Shown here piece by piece: positions 12,942 to 26,360 of a DNA stretch of 64,000 nt; position 1 is the stretch's first letter; every line of letters begins with the position of its first letter. The stretch is from Kondoa subrosea. Taxonomy: Eukaryota. The notes beneath the pieces are model-generated. The model saw only the letters and a list, made by a program, of their open reading frames with translations, did no database searches and had not been told where the DNA came from. The stretch lies in NCBI GenBank assembly GCA_039545335.1, contig BCIN01000003.1, positions 806,001 through 870,000 on the forward strand, given 5' to 3'. Position numbers and translations under genes: made by a program.

Positions 12942-14176
12942 GCTTGATCTGTACCTTTATGCTGTTTTGGGTTGTCGAGTCAATTCTTCACTTCTGGTCT
13001 ATGCTGTAAATCAAGAGATGTTGTCAAGGGTGTGTACGAAGTACAGGAGAGAGATGGTCGCACTTGTGCCAGTGCTAGAATCGAGAGATGTACAGGCGCG
13101 GATTGCGTGAGTCTCTTTGATCTCTTTATATATCTTTCGCTGACCATTTCATTCACAGAAAATATGCCCTCGCAATCCGTATCCTTCGTGAAACCTTTCA
13201 TGAGCCGTTAAGATCAAGAGTTACTTTCATTCGAGGAGTACTCTTTAGGCTGGAGGTGACGAAAAGTCGAAATCAATGAGGTTGGGTCCAACGCTATGCC
13301 CTCGGCGTTTGGTACTGTCAGAAGTTCTATCGCCATTTTGAGCGATCAGAACTTCATAAAGAGATGCTAAGGGAGTGACGAGTGAGTTTGTTTTGCATTT
13401 GCTTATTCCGAACAAGCTGATTCGAAAATGTCACTAGTCGGTCTATATTGATTCATCGATCACAAACATCAGCTGCGATCTTCATCATCGACAGCTTTCT
13501 ACTGAATACTGGCACTGTATTGGAGTGAGTTTGGTACTTGTTCATTGCGATCTGTGTCTGACTTGAGCTCGCTAGTGTCTCTCCTCTTGCTACGGTGCGC
13601 TGGACGCAGTATCTAGTATAGTGTGGTCTCTCGAAAGCTTTCTTCAGTCCTTTGTACAGTGTTTGTGGTTCCGTTTATGTACAATTCAATTCAGCTTCTA
13701 TTGTCTCTGCTCTCTTTTTCTCTCCACTTTCCGTTTTTTCTTTCTATTGGGATATTAAGGAGAGTCTACCTGCTTATCCTCCCAATTATCTGCTTTACGC
13801 CCTCTCCGTTGAGGGCGATAGATATGTCCCTGCTGAAATAAGCGTATGTCGCCTACTCCACGCTTGTGAAATTGCTCAGAGGATGTCCGGAGCTCACAAG
13901 CAATGACAAGCTGTCGGTTAGGAAGTTTGAAGACGGTCAGCTGCGATACTCCGCTTATCTTATTTCCGAAGATCTGCACGGACACGCGACCGACCTTAGG
14001 AGCTTTCCCCAACACTTATTTACACTTCATGAGCCTTTGTACCTGCATAGAGTAGACATTGATAGACTTTGTTGAGATGCTGCCCTTTCCTCTTTCCATA
14101 TTTTGATGTTTGCCCCAGAAATCACTGGAAATTAAAACCGCGGCTCTTGCTCTTGACCTTCAACCATTCGCAAATC

Positions 14177-15041
14177 ATGTCACGTCGACCTAGAAAGAAG
14201 CCTAGCATTATCATACACGAGCATGAAGAGGACGATGCTATCGACAATGAATTGGCTTTGCAGGGATTCCTCAATGAAGTCGAGAAAGAGGATCCTGTAC
14301 TTGAAGCCATAACATGGAACCCACCTAGTGAAATGCAAGCCTGGCCAGCTGAATGGTGGAACAATGAAGGAGAAGAGCGTCGAAGCTTACAAGAAAGTCC
14401 TACGCCTCAGCTATCTCATTCATCCAGGTCCACTTCAACCGAATCTCTAATCAGTGGATTCGACTCTTTGAACACTTCTGAAGCCTCTACACCAACTAGT
14501 TCCATCTTATCATCACCCGTCAGCAGCGAATCGTCAGATCTGCCACCTTCTGTCACAAATTCAGATTCGGACACTGAAGATGTCGACCCTCTACCTTTAT
14601 CGTTACCTATCAAGATTGCTGCTTTCGCATTAGCTCTGTTACCTATTCGTGCGTTACCTTCTTTCGTCATGTCATCTTATCATTCGTGCTGAATTTACGT
14701 TTGCATTTATAGCAACTTCTTTCTTCACTTCTTACTCTAATCCACCTCCTCTACCAGTAGTCAGACCAACAACGCCAAAGACGTGTAAGCCTCTTCTGAG
14801 TTGGATTCATGTTTGCACAGCTTATCGTCATGGTGATTCTTTTTCAGACGCACCGCATCATCGAACAGCTTCTTCAGCTACTTTATCTTCAGCTACTCTT
14901 TCACCTAAACCATCTTCAGCCAATCTAGCTTCGTATGGCAGTTCTACTTCAGTAGGAAGATCAAAGAAGAAAGTCTCGTTTGATAAAGTTATCGTGGTTT
15001 CACCTCATGAAAGTGATGGCGAATTCAGTGAAGAAGAGTGA
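14177..15041 (+). CDS. Ser/acidic low-complexity hypothetical protein
   Basis: Two ORFs join in frame through a GT-AG intron from 14649; a second probable intron starts near 14784. Short hydrophobic segment and C-terminal KKKVSF. Confidence 0.55.
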
Positions 15042-15245
15042 TGCCCTATGAGCAAGATACAGGACAATCATTTGGAATATGTTAACATGATTCTGGTTCT
15101 GGAGAATGGCGATACGAAAAAAAATGTAATTGTAGCAACGAAAGCAAACTGTATAGTAAGGGGCAATCATTTCAAGCAAGAGAAATCATGAGGAAAGATT
15201 TAATGGGAGGGCAATCGTTCATTGTATTCATAGTTTTAGCTTTTG

Positions 15246-16417
15246 TCATTGCATGCTTTCATTACCATACACCTAGCAATTAGGAGTCAGTATTCTTGCT
15301 CGACCGTAGCAAAACGAAGTCACTCACTCTCCCACCTGGACCTCTTTCGACCCCTCCTCTGATACCAGGTACAGCAGGATTAGGACACTGACTAGCATAA
15401 TGACCTTTCTTCCCGCACTATCAATCAAATAATCAATTCATGAATCTCCTCTCATCTTATCAAAAACGTACCTTGAAACACAAGACTTCCGATAAATCCC
15501 TTCTGGGTCTTCTTCCATCCGCTCCAGCTGCACCAGGTGCACCAGAACCAAAAGCTCCCGTTCCTCTTCCACCTGCTTCATCTGGCCAATCTCGATCTCG
15601 GTTCGAGTATAAACCTTGTTCTTTTTCTTTTCGCTCTTGAGCTAATTCGGGTGAGAGAAGTCTTTGGATTTCAGTCAATTCAAACGGTGGGCTGTTTGTT
15701 CAATACAGTGAATTAAGAGAACTGATCAGGAAGGAGGAAATGGGAACTCACTGCGCAAGAGGACAGTCATAACCCCTCGGACAGAAACCTGTTAGGAAAA
15801 GTGGACAAGGATATCTTCTTATATGTTTATAAGGACATTCTGGGCCTTTTGGTTTCCACAAACATAAAATCAATATTCAAGTGAAAGGAGAACAGTCAAT
15901 GAGAGAAACTCGCACCTTTTGGACAAAAGCCTTTAGTAAAAGCCATACATTCCGGTCTTCTCTGACTAGGAGTGATATGCAAATACATGCATTCATCACC
16001 AGATTGACAAAATCCATATCTTGTAAAGAACCAGCATTCGGGCATTTTCCTTAAATTATACTCATGCAAGAACTCGCACGCCGTTCCTTTTTTGCAAAGC
16101 CCTCTTAACCAATGTTTGCATACTGTTCTTGCGTGAGCGGAATAAGGTACAGGTGAAGGAGGACGGAAATTTCTAGACGAAGGTGTAGTATGTCTTTTAG
16201 GGCATTTGGTACCTAATGGACAACCGTTTGAAGATAAATGATCAGAACAGATTTGGGCATCGGTATCGAGTTTGAGATTGTGGGTTGTTTTTAGGTAGGC
16301 TTCGATTGAGAGTTCTAAATGTAAGAATTGAGGTGAAATTTCGATACCGCTGTCTTGTACTGGGATGGGTGGTAAAACTGGTTCTAATTCTGGTTTAGGT
16401 GGAAGGAAGTCGTCCAT
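15246..16417 (-). CDS. YTH1: CPSF30/Yth1 mRNA 3'-processing CCCH zinc-finger protein
   Basis: TVCKHWLRGLCKKGTACEFLHEYNLRKMPECWFF, further CCCH fingers and a C-terminal knuckle CFK|CGKKGHYASQC. The last exon is approximate. Confidence 0.95.
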
Positions 16418-17701
16418 GCTGTCAGAAAGGATGAGATTAGCTCAATTCTAGTAATCAAGGGGCCGTCGAAGTTCGCGATATCAGGAGCACATGAGACGTC
16501 TAGCTACAGAATGTAGCCTAGTCTAGCCACTTCAGCAGACATGCCAGCTGAGTAACGAGGTGCTCGACTTTCAGCGGAGGACTTCAACGATAGCTGCCCT
16601 GCAGAGCTGACGCATGAATATAGCAGACGCATTCAACGATGGCGCTTCTGATAGATGACACAGGAGATTCCACAAGCTTACAAGAGCACACAGGCCAAAA
16701 GGCACAAGATTGAAATGCAAGATGACAACAGTCTGATAGCTTACATTGGCACACAGAATGGCAGAGCGGTATAAGTAGTCTAGATATCACACAATGCACT
16801 GGTATAATCGCCTTGTCGCTGCCTCTGGACAACAGATCCAAATATTACTTTCGTTGGACCTGTGCGACGTGGCTGATGCTGCTTATACTGTTTTGCATTA
16901 TGGACATCTTTACTCTCTGCTACAGCTAAGAGCAATCGTTTCTTTATCTGTTTGTCTGCTGCCTGGTGTTTCTCTTTCGCAAGTCACGAACTTCAGCTAG
17001 TGCATCACACTGGAGACTTATCTCGCCTGCCTTCCGGAGCCTTGGAGCCTATACTGCTACGCGAAACATCAGTCCGAAGGCTTACAGACGGTTCGCAAAT
17101 CTTGACATGCAGAAGCTCGCGAATCTGAAATACTGCTTCCAGGAAGCGGACTGGCTGTGAAGTACGCAGAGTATTAGTGTAGAGCACTTTCCAAGTCACT
17201 ACGCTGTCTCTTCGCCTAAGCAACAGTGCGTCAATCCTGCTGCAACGGATGCGAATCACAGGTCAGCCTGTATTGCATCGTCTGGCGTATACTCTGATCT
17301 AGTGTCTAGTGACGTCAAGTCTGACGCCAAGCCCGGTTTAAGCAGACACTCGTCGAGCTGAAAGCAATCTTGATCAATCCCTTCTTGCTTTCGCCTCTTC
17401 TGAAGCAATCGTCTTTCGCTTTCACCAAAATGAGCGTAAATTCATTCCGTCGTAATCATCATCCGAAGCTTGCGTGCATTTACAGGGAGATTTCTGTTTG
17501 ATGCTTAGTCTAGGGACGATAGAACGGCATACACTGAATCATAGGTTAGAAAATTACAAAAAAGTGTCATGTTTCATCACTTGAAGGCGACCATCAATAT
17601 CTCAGCACGCGCAGGTCTCAACGCCTCAGTCCTGGATTGGTGGAAGATTCCGCAGCTGACGAAGGCGCTTGTAGAGCTACCCCAGCCTGTCCCGAGTGCC
17701 G

Positions 17702-20700
17702 TCAGTGTAAGCAGGAGTCATCAGAAAAGCGAGCTACCTGAAGTTCCCGGAGAGCTGAATGCGTAGGAGTCTTTTGTATCTGATCGTCAGTAGGTTTGAT
17801 CGCGGCCTGGCACAAATCCAGATCAGTACGCAAAACCGAACAAATCCGTGGGAGGCGTACCAAGTTTAGGTCCGGCGCATCGGAGTCTGTCAAATGGTCA
17901 TCCTCAAAGGTTTTGCGACATTGACCAGCAAAAACATGTATAGTGGTGTCTGTGAACATTATCTGTCAGTCCAAGCTGGCTGCGACCGCCGAAAGCTCAC
18001 ACAGAAGAATCCAGATCTCTTGCACAGTAATCTTCTCATCAGTCAGTAAGTTTGTATCAGCAGCAACGGAGTCTGATGCTCACGTTTTTCATTTCGCCAC
18101 GGTCAGCGCAAAGTTTGGTCCAGTGGAAATTTGGTGAATTCAATTCACGGTAGGCACAGATCGGCATCCAGGCCTCTGCAAACCAGTCGAAAGTGGGGCA
18201 TTCCTGGTCGAATTGATTCGAGGCACGCCATTTGATCATGCCACTGTGCACTACAACGAAACAAAAATGGCATCATCATCATCGCTTACTCATCGCGAGT
18301 AATACGTACGTGTTTTGGCCCATTCTGTCAAAGGAACGACAGAGCTTTTATGAGCAATCAAATATTCATTTAAAGGTTTTTCTTTGATAGCGTGAAGTAA
18401 TTCGTCAAATTTGACCTTGGGCTGAATTAGTACAAGTCAGCTTGGCTCTTGCTTGCTATTACGTGGTCAAGTCACTAACCGTTTTATGGTCCACGAGCTG
18501 CAGGTTTTCATGTACCCACTCGACAGCAGCCTTTCGAAAACTGGCTCGTTGAGCTGCGTGGAGTGCTTTCAGCCGCGCATCCCGAGCAGCATTTTCTTGT
18601 GCTTCTTGGTCCGCTTTCTTTTGCCTGGCCAGTTGTGCAGTTGTCAACGATTTGGCTGCAGAAGTGGCAGTGGCAGCGGCTTTCGCTGATTGCTTTCTTC
18701 CTGGCTCGTCCAGTCTTGCATTGTACTGCAGTCTAGCCTCTGTAGTGAGTTGGAGCGGTTGCTATAGTCAGCTGGTCAGCCTATCATTGTCTGCGCCGAC
18801 AGTCAAAACATACCAGAATGCGAGGCTGAGACTTCGTATTTTGCCAGCCAAGCGCAGGAACCATAGCGCCCGGAAGATCAGGGGGATGTATCAATCGAGC
18901 TGCTTGTAGATATTTGTATATTTCTTTCTGCTCCGGGTTTCTCTGAAAATGAAGCATGTCAAATGATTTGAATTGAGTCCTCCCGAAACAACTGACACGT
19001 GGCTCCTGTCTCCTCATCTCTTTGTAGATGCGCAAGATTAAATCAGATCACAGCGTCGGGTTTTAGAGTAGGCTTACTTCCATCAGTCCCGATCTTGTGA
19101 GACAAACGGTACCATTGACGTTGGCAACTGACACATGTTATCAGTATTCTGTTGCAGAGCATAATAATACTGACAACTCTGCCGGAGACAAGCCATGCTC
19201 TCTAGCCTGATTTTCTATGTGCTCATAAAAGTCGTGCGACTTCTGGTCGTCGGGCTGTGTCTTATCAGGTCTTGCAAGATGCTCCCAGGCCAAGTGATAA
19301 AGCTCTGCCTCCGATTTCTGACTTCCTGCTGGATGCTGAGAATTGACTTGTAGCATAGCTTTACCAAGCAAAGCGTAGTGCTCGGGATCCTTGAAAGTCG
19401 GAACTGATCGTGTACTGGCTCGAGTAGTCACAAATATATCGATGACAGACTTCTCTACTAAATAGGGATTCTATATCTTTAAAATAAGCCTCAACATGTT
19501 CGAGCGCGAGTATAACATACGAAGAGTCGAGGTTTATCCTCAGTCAATCGTGGTCTTAGAACTGATGCATAAGCTCCAGGCTGATTTGGCGGGTTCAGCA
19601 TATGGATCTCTCTGAGGGTCGAGATGATCGCCGCGACAGTCGGAGTTGACTATTGCCCACATATTGTTAGGAAGAAACTGAAGGCAAACGATCTAGCTGA
19701 CTTACCTTGTCTGGAGATGGCATGACTGGATTGGAAACAGAACTTTATAACGTCTGCTCTGAACGAAATCAAACATCCTTACCCGAATAAATAGCGTTGC
19801 CTAGACTCATGAAAACGACAGAATAGAGATAATCTCGGAGACCTGCGAAGCTGTGGCAAGCTTCAGTCTCCGTTCTCATAGATCACGAAGGACTCACTAC
19901 TTTGGAAGCTCCATTGCGTATCGGCGGCCAGCGTCTACAATATGCGTGTACAGCTCTTTGAAAGTTGCATGCCAGTGTTTTTCAAGGAAGTCGACTGCTA
20001 GTCGATCTAGACGCTGCATACGAACTTGCTTTTGCTGCTCAGCCGAAAGAGGATGTTGCTCCTCAACCGAAAGAGGATCCTCTTGAGCGGCATGCAGCAT
20101 TGCCTCCGTCAATGGCTTGTAGAGATATGGCTCTAGACTGTACACAGGAATAGCAGGCACCTGCTGAGGACTCTTGTGCATAAAAACATTATCTTGGCGC
20201 TTCGGATCAGGATGCATCAGATTGGAATGTTCGTCAGATCCGTACTGTTTGTCATTGTAGTTGTCGGCGCTCGATGGCTGCTGAGCATAGAGATTTTGAT
20301 TGTATGGGCTTGGAGTCATAGGAGAAGGACGAGCGTGCTGATGTAAATCTATGCCGGGAGTGTTTGTCGCGCCAGGAAGATATTGCTGATGAGGGTATGG
20401 TTGGGCGTATTGAATCTGAGCACGAGGTAGCCGATCAGTCTGTTGTTGCGAATGCGGACTCTGAGGATGTGTGGGAGTAGTTGGCTGCAGTTGAGAGCGG
20501 GAAGCAAGTTGTTGTTCAGTGTATAGGTTGTGCCGGGAAGGTTGTACATTGTACTGTTGGGCGTGCATATCCCCATATTGTGCATGTTGAGCAGCGGGTT
20601 GCGTGGAGTAATGCTGTCCACCAGAATACTGTTCACGAGAAGGCGCTGCGAGTATCTTGGCTTAGCAACCCTCAGTGATCTTACATATATGACTGACCTT

Positions 20701-20960
20701 GATAGGGATGCTGACCGTAAGTCTGTTGGCCTGCAACAGGGGGAGCTCCTCCGCGAGATGGAGTAAGATGAGGCGGCTGTTCATGAAGTTGAGGGCCTGC
20801 AAAAGTCTGATAGTCTTGATGGGTTGTAGTACGAGAGGCTGAGTTAGGATAAGGGTGAAAGACGCCTTCGTGCCATTCCCCTGTGAAAGGCGTTTAGTAC
20901 TCCTAGAAGTTATAGGATTGTATATTGCTACGAACCGGACTGATAATGTTGATTCGACAT
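17702..20960 (-). CDS. Orphan multi-exon protein: Q/P/H-rich N-terminus plus a tandemly duplicated module
   Basis: GT-AG introns chain ATG 20960 in frame to the stop at 17702. The key link is intron 19520-19471 (PRLF|NPYLVEK...VTTRAS). No family recognised; the distal exons are less certain. Confidence 0.65.
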
Positions 20961-21486
20961 CTGAAATGACTATATTGGATATGAGCTGTTGAAAGAATAG
21001 AAGAGGGAGAAGGTGGATGAGAGAAAGAGAGGAGAGAAGTCAGATTTTGAGAGGTCATTCTCAAGGCGATGTTTGTCATTGCCCCAAAATCTGCATATAG
21101 CTATAGCATATGATATTCGCTCATTGGTATTAGCGAGAGGCGGAGCAAATTCAAGCTCTTTCTGAATATTGATGAGTTGGGCAGTCAGGCGAAAGAGATC
21201 TACTTCAAGTTGGAACGAGCAGATGCTGAGCGAACGAAATCGAAATGAGGCCATGCCAGATTTGAAAGCTTTCAGCTACAACTACAGAGAGCTTTCCAGA
21301 AGATCCATAAGACAAAGAGCAAAAGATGACAGAAACAGGCAGGCAGCGAAATGATTGGAATCGAGAATATGGTATGCCAACGCTGGTAGCTCGAGCAGCA
21401 ATCTAGGCATATCGCGATCCAGAGGGATACGCCCAATTATCCTCGTCGCTGCTGTTCAATGACCTTCTGCTTGACTTTAGGCGACG

Positions 21487-22708
21487 ATGTCAACAGCTCA
21501 AGAACTGCTAGCGAAAGCGCGCAAGAAGAAGACTGCCTCCTCAGGCGGCTTTGCTTCCTTCTTTGGAGGGAGCAGCAAGACTTCCAATTTAGAAGAAGCT
21601 CGAGAACTCTTCGTTTCTGCTGCGAACGCATTCAAAGCCGAGAAAGCTTTTAAAGACTCTGCGGATGCTTTTGTGGAAGCTGGTGATTGTGCTATTCAGG
21701 CTAATGAGAAGGATGACGCGGCAAATGATTTCTGGAACGCTGCTAAAGCTTACAAGAAGACACACCCTGAGCGTGCGTTCAGGTCTAGCCAAGCTTCAGT
21801 GTTGGTCTGATACAGTTTGCTATGGAAGCACAGTCGCTGTGAGATCATTGAAGAAGACTATACAGCTATACGTCGAGAAAGGTCGATTCCGTCAAGCGGC
21901 AGATAGGGAGAGTAGGTCATACGTCTCAACAGGCATTCCATATGCTTAGTATTCGTGCGTGCCTACAGAGGAGATCGGTCAAATCTATCAGCAAGACGGA
22001 GGAGATTTGGAAGCCGCTTTGGCTTCTTTCGAACAAGCAGGTGATTGGTACAGCGGAGAAGATGCGACAGCGTGAGTAGTCTAACAGGCTTGAGTAACGC
22101 TCTAGGGTTGATGGAAATTTCTCACAGGACCGCCAATGCATGCTACAAAGATGTTGCCGATATTGCTGCTCAACTGAATCATTTCGATAAAGCTATCGAG
22201 AAGTTCGAATTGGTGGGTATCATACATACTTAGACTATTCAGTCTAAGTTTGTCTGTGATACTCACAGGTTGCCGAGAACTCCCTTACCTCGCCTCTCAC
22301 ACGATACTCGGTCAAGGAATACTATTTCAAAGCTGGTCTTTGTCATCTAGCTAAAGGCGTGAGTAGTAGTCGTCTGATTGTGTTGCATAATTCGGACGTG
22401 TCTGTATTTCACAGGATGTCGTTCAAGCTGGTCGAGCTATTGACCATTATCAGCAGCGAGACAACACGTTCAGCGGTACAAGGGAATGCAAATTCTTGAT
22501 TGAAATCATGGAATCGCTAGATCAGAACGATCAGGAGTCATTGTGCGTGATCAATCAACCCTCTTGCATGTCAATTGTGCTAAGTTGTCAATTGTACAGC
22601 ACCCAACATGTGGTCAAATTCGACTCGTTGACTAAATTGGACAACTGGAAGACTGCCATTCTGCTTAAGATTCGTCAAACTATTTCGGAAGGTACTGGTC
22701 TGACATAA
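21487..22708 (+). CDS. SEC17: Alpha-SNAP
   Basis: EEARELFVSAANAFK, KDDAANDFWNAAKAYKK, GRFRQAADRE, TRYSVKEYYFKAGLCHL, FSGTRECKFL, KLDNWKTAILLKI. Confidence 0.97.
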
Positions 22709-22898
22709 ATGTATCGATTCGGTATGATGTATATAAGTTAATCTCTCGTCACAATTAAGCATTCATGAAAAGATTTTGGTGTATCTATGCTCACTTCTCT
22801 TGTGCTTTATTCGGGGTTATTCTTAGCTGATATGTCTGAACGGACATATTGCCCTTCCGATACACTTTGCTGGATTTTGCTCAAACACTACGCGACGA

Positions 22899-24153
22899 TT
22901 AAGCGTCATCTGCTTCATAAGTATGCCACTCACTGCATTGAACATCCAAAGGATTCGCCAATGCTCTTTGCAATAACGGATCCCAAAACTTTCTTCCTTT
23001 GGCGACCAGATGACTAGGTTCCAAACTTCTTTCTCTGTCCTCTTCAATCCTCTCCATTTCTTCCTGATAGTCATCATTCTCAGGATGGGGCATATCCTCT
23101 TCATCTACATCCGAACAATGACAAGGAGCAAAAGGTAAACAAGTACCAAAGAGAGTGTAGTTGATGATCATGCCAAAGAAAGTATCTTGATCTCTCAAAG
23201 TAGCTAAAGCGTGCAATCCTCCATCTCTCATGATAGCTGCATCTTGTTCATCTTGATGTTCATCCGGTTCCATCATATGAGAAATTCTTCGAGCTAAACC
23301 ACAACTTGTTCGAGGGTTCCAAGAATATTGGAAAAGGAGTTGTTGAGAAGGAGTAGCTTGCAAGAGATGTAAAAGTGGTTCAGAAGCTCTCCATTTGAAA
23401 GCTTCTTCTTTTCCTGATTGACCGTTCTTCTTCCAGGCAAGATTGTAGCGATCACCAGGCGCTATAGCTTCCAAATCAGTAATGGTTTCTTTTGTATGAG
23501 CGTTTTGTAAAGCGAAAGATCGAGTGAGGATGGCTCGAAGTTTAGCTGAGAGATGCATTTGCAGAGCGAGTTGTTTGCATGCTTCTTTATGTGATGGGAA
23601 GTCTTCTTCTTGATGTTCTACTCGGTTCGTCTAATCAGCTGTACTGCCGAGACCTCTCGAAAGAAAAGGCTTGCCTGCTGAGCAGTAAAACATGCATTGA
23701 CATCTGTCCGACACATCTATTCATTAGCACTGAAGACTGCAAGAGAAGATCATCACGGACCTGCTGCATCGCTTGGAAGCTCCTTCAGGTGCCGTACAAC
23801 CAGCTATACATTTTCGAGAATCAGTCGCTCGTTCTTCTCCATTTGCTGTTCTTCTAGCTTGTTTGGCCAATTTTTTCTCTTCTTCATACCTATGCCCATA
23901 GAGTCAGCTGTAGCTCATGACGGTTATAAATTGAGATAGCCTTGCGCTTGTTCTGCCAACACTTCACGCATGAAAGTATAATCAACACCACACTTGTAGC
24001 AGTGCTCCAGCTATACAACAGTCTATGAGCTATAACTCGAGAACGTATGCACAGACTAACGTAGTGGGTCAAGCATCGCAAAGTTCCGTCTGGCATCTGA
24101 ACCGGATCTTCTGCTTCTTCCATTCCAGCACCTGCATCCTTGAAGTTGCTCAT
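22899..24153 (-). CDS. MYND zinc-finger protein
   Basis: Spliced: KCIAGC...KRCSRCQCMFYCSAEHQEEDFPSHKEAC (MYND), requiring a GC-AG intron at 23674-23618. N-terminal CLTHYLEHCYKCGVDY. Confidence 0.8.
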
Positions 24154-24542
24154 TGCAAGTACAACAAGCTAAAGATAAGATCAAAAGCAGATTGGATTTC
24201 TCGAAATGTTGAAAGACAGTGTGTAAGACAGAGACAGGATTCGGGAGGAGCTAGGACGTATGTGGAAATACGATGGGAGGCTGATGTATCGGCAGACGTG
24301 ATACAGATCCCAAGTGTGCTCGCAGCGAAGAAAGAACTGAGTGGAAGTTGTTCTACAAGTCACGAGTAATCTTGAGATCTTGTCTCATGGTGATAGCTCG
24401 AAGAGCTCTAGCTTCATGAATGAGTCACTGCAATGCTAGAAGCATAACCCCTTTTTCAAACTCTTGCAGTCGAAGTGCTCTTGGCGCATTACAGGCCCGT
24501 TGTACTATACATAGAGGGAAGCTTGCAGTCTGATACTTTTGG

Positions 24543-26108
24543 TCACGGAGGACCCCGCTTTGTGAAAGGTCCGGCAGTCATGATTCCTTCTGCTGTTTTG
24601 TCGAACTGCATTAGTATGCTCCTTTCAGCTCTCTTCGTCGCGCTTAATGAAAGCCAGCCATGCACTTCAATATTCTCTGCCTGTTCTCCTAATCGCAAAT
24701 AATCATTGACCAGTCTTTCTCGAATCTCTTTCCATCGTAATTTGCTATCAATTTGCAGAAGTCTCGGATCTAGCAGATTGAAGTGTTGCTCCGCTATTTC
24801 ATAGGTCATGTGTTTGAACCAGTAGATGAATGTTTTGAGCATCGGGAAGCGACTTCTATTCACAATGTGAAAGAGTTGATCGGGTTCGAGGTATTGAACG
24901 GCAACTCGCCTGTTGCCGTTGATCCAATTTATGAACAAGTGTATTCGCCGAAGTACTTGTCCACCATGTTTTGATGCTTCGTTGAAATTCTCGAAGAAGT
25001 TTGGATCATAGTCCGTAAAGCTGAATCCGAGCTTTAAGGATTGCAGATTCGTCAGAGATTGGAACAGTGTAATGAGACATGAGCGGTTCAATTCTTTTGC
25101 ATTGAGATATGTCAGACTGAGGTGCGTCAGGCCTCTGAGCAGAGCCAATCTTTGTATCCCTGTATCTGTATGGTAAGACTCTTGTGTCGTTGCTCCCCTA
25201 CACAACCAACATATATCAAGTTTCTGTAGGTGCTGACTCCCATTGTCTTTCCCGAACCACTGCATCGATTCTTCAAACTCATGAGCAGGTATTGAATCGG
25301 CGTAGAAAGTAAGAGATGAAAAGGATTCGGGCAAAGAGACGATGTCAGAATAGAAGGCAATGTCATACATTCTGAGTCTCATCAAATTGGAGCAACTATT
25401 GAGCCAAACACCAAAACCATGTTCGTATTTCGAGTTCAGATACCCTGCAGATGCCAAAGAGAAACGCTTCAGTGTCCGGGTGAAGGGTAAATCGAGGAGC
25501 TGCTTCTGAGACGGAAGAACGGGAGATGCATTTTCTGCGAATTCAGTATCTTGAACTTCGTAGTGGTAGTGAACAAGACTGATGGACAAGTCTTCGAGTT
25601 GAGGTATATGAGATAGTGCAGTCAGAGTCCATTCCAACCTGTGCCGGGCTTCTTCCAGTACATCGTCTAACACCGCAGCCCATTCAGATTCATCCTGGAT
25701 TTCCTCTGGCTCTTCAAACACGGTTGCGAGCGGCACAGTGGCCTTTCGAACAAGATGACCGTTCTTGATCAGGGCAGTCATGAATATCCCAGAAGTACGA
25801 TTGAGATGCGCATAATATCTATCCAGATCTTCGGCAGTAAGAGTTTGATAAATGTATGGAAGCGCAAGTTCATCTGTGCGATCGTCAATCAGCTGGTAAA
25901 CTGCAAGCCCGAGGTAGACCTACAGAATACGTCTACGGGTGACAAGCATCAGCGACAGGGCAGGGAGACAGAGGATGGACTGACGCGAACAGCAAGCGAT
26001 ATTACACAGATCTCTGCGGAAATTGCTAATGTCATAAGATTGACTGCCAATGTTGCTGCGAATCTCTTGCAGAATGCTCTGCCACAGTTCCGGAGGCAAT
26101 TCTGGCAT
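24543..26108 (-). CDS. F-box / RNI-like LRR protein
   Basis: N-terminal MPELPPELWQSILQEI (F-box-like), one probable intron, and LxxLxL repeats (LEDLSI, LKRFSL, LMRLRM, LTHLSL, LQSLKL). Confidence 0.75.
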
Positions 26109-26360
26109 AAATATCGCAAAAAGCGGGCTATACTTAAAGATTAATGGAAAAGACTTGTAGGGTGATTTTAAGCTTACTAGGGAAGTAGTCTACGGCTGTA
26201 GATGGTGCAAATAGTACCAGAATACTTGCTGCACCTCATGAACGTAATTCTGCGCGTCGGATCACTGTACGGGAACAACAAAGCATCATCGAATTTCGCA
26301 TCGATGCCCCTCTTGTTCTGCTCTGCCAAGTGCTAGCTGCCCTTTGTACCGTATCAGCAA

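Noticed and set aside
13652..14075. Possible small spliced gene (overlapping 84 and 69 aa ORFs)
   Set aside because: No convincing start codon, exon chain or motif.
16584..17560. Short ORFs and a TGACGTCA (CRE-like) palindrome near 17310
   Set aside because: The ORFs are short with no motifs, and a single 8-mer is expected by chance in 64 kb.
23890..23945. A fourth GC-AG intron in the MYND gene
   Set aside because: A canonical GTTGGC donor slightly upstream gives the same phase, so a GC donor is not required.
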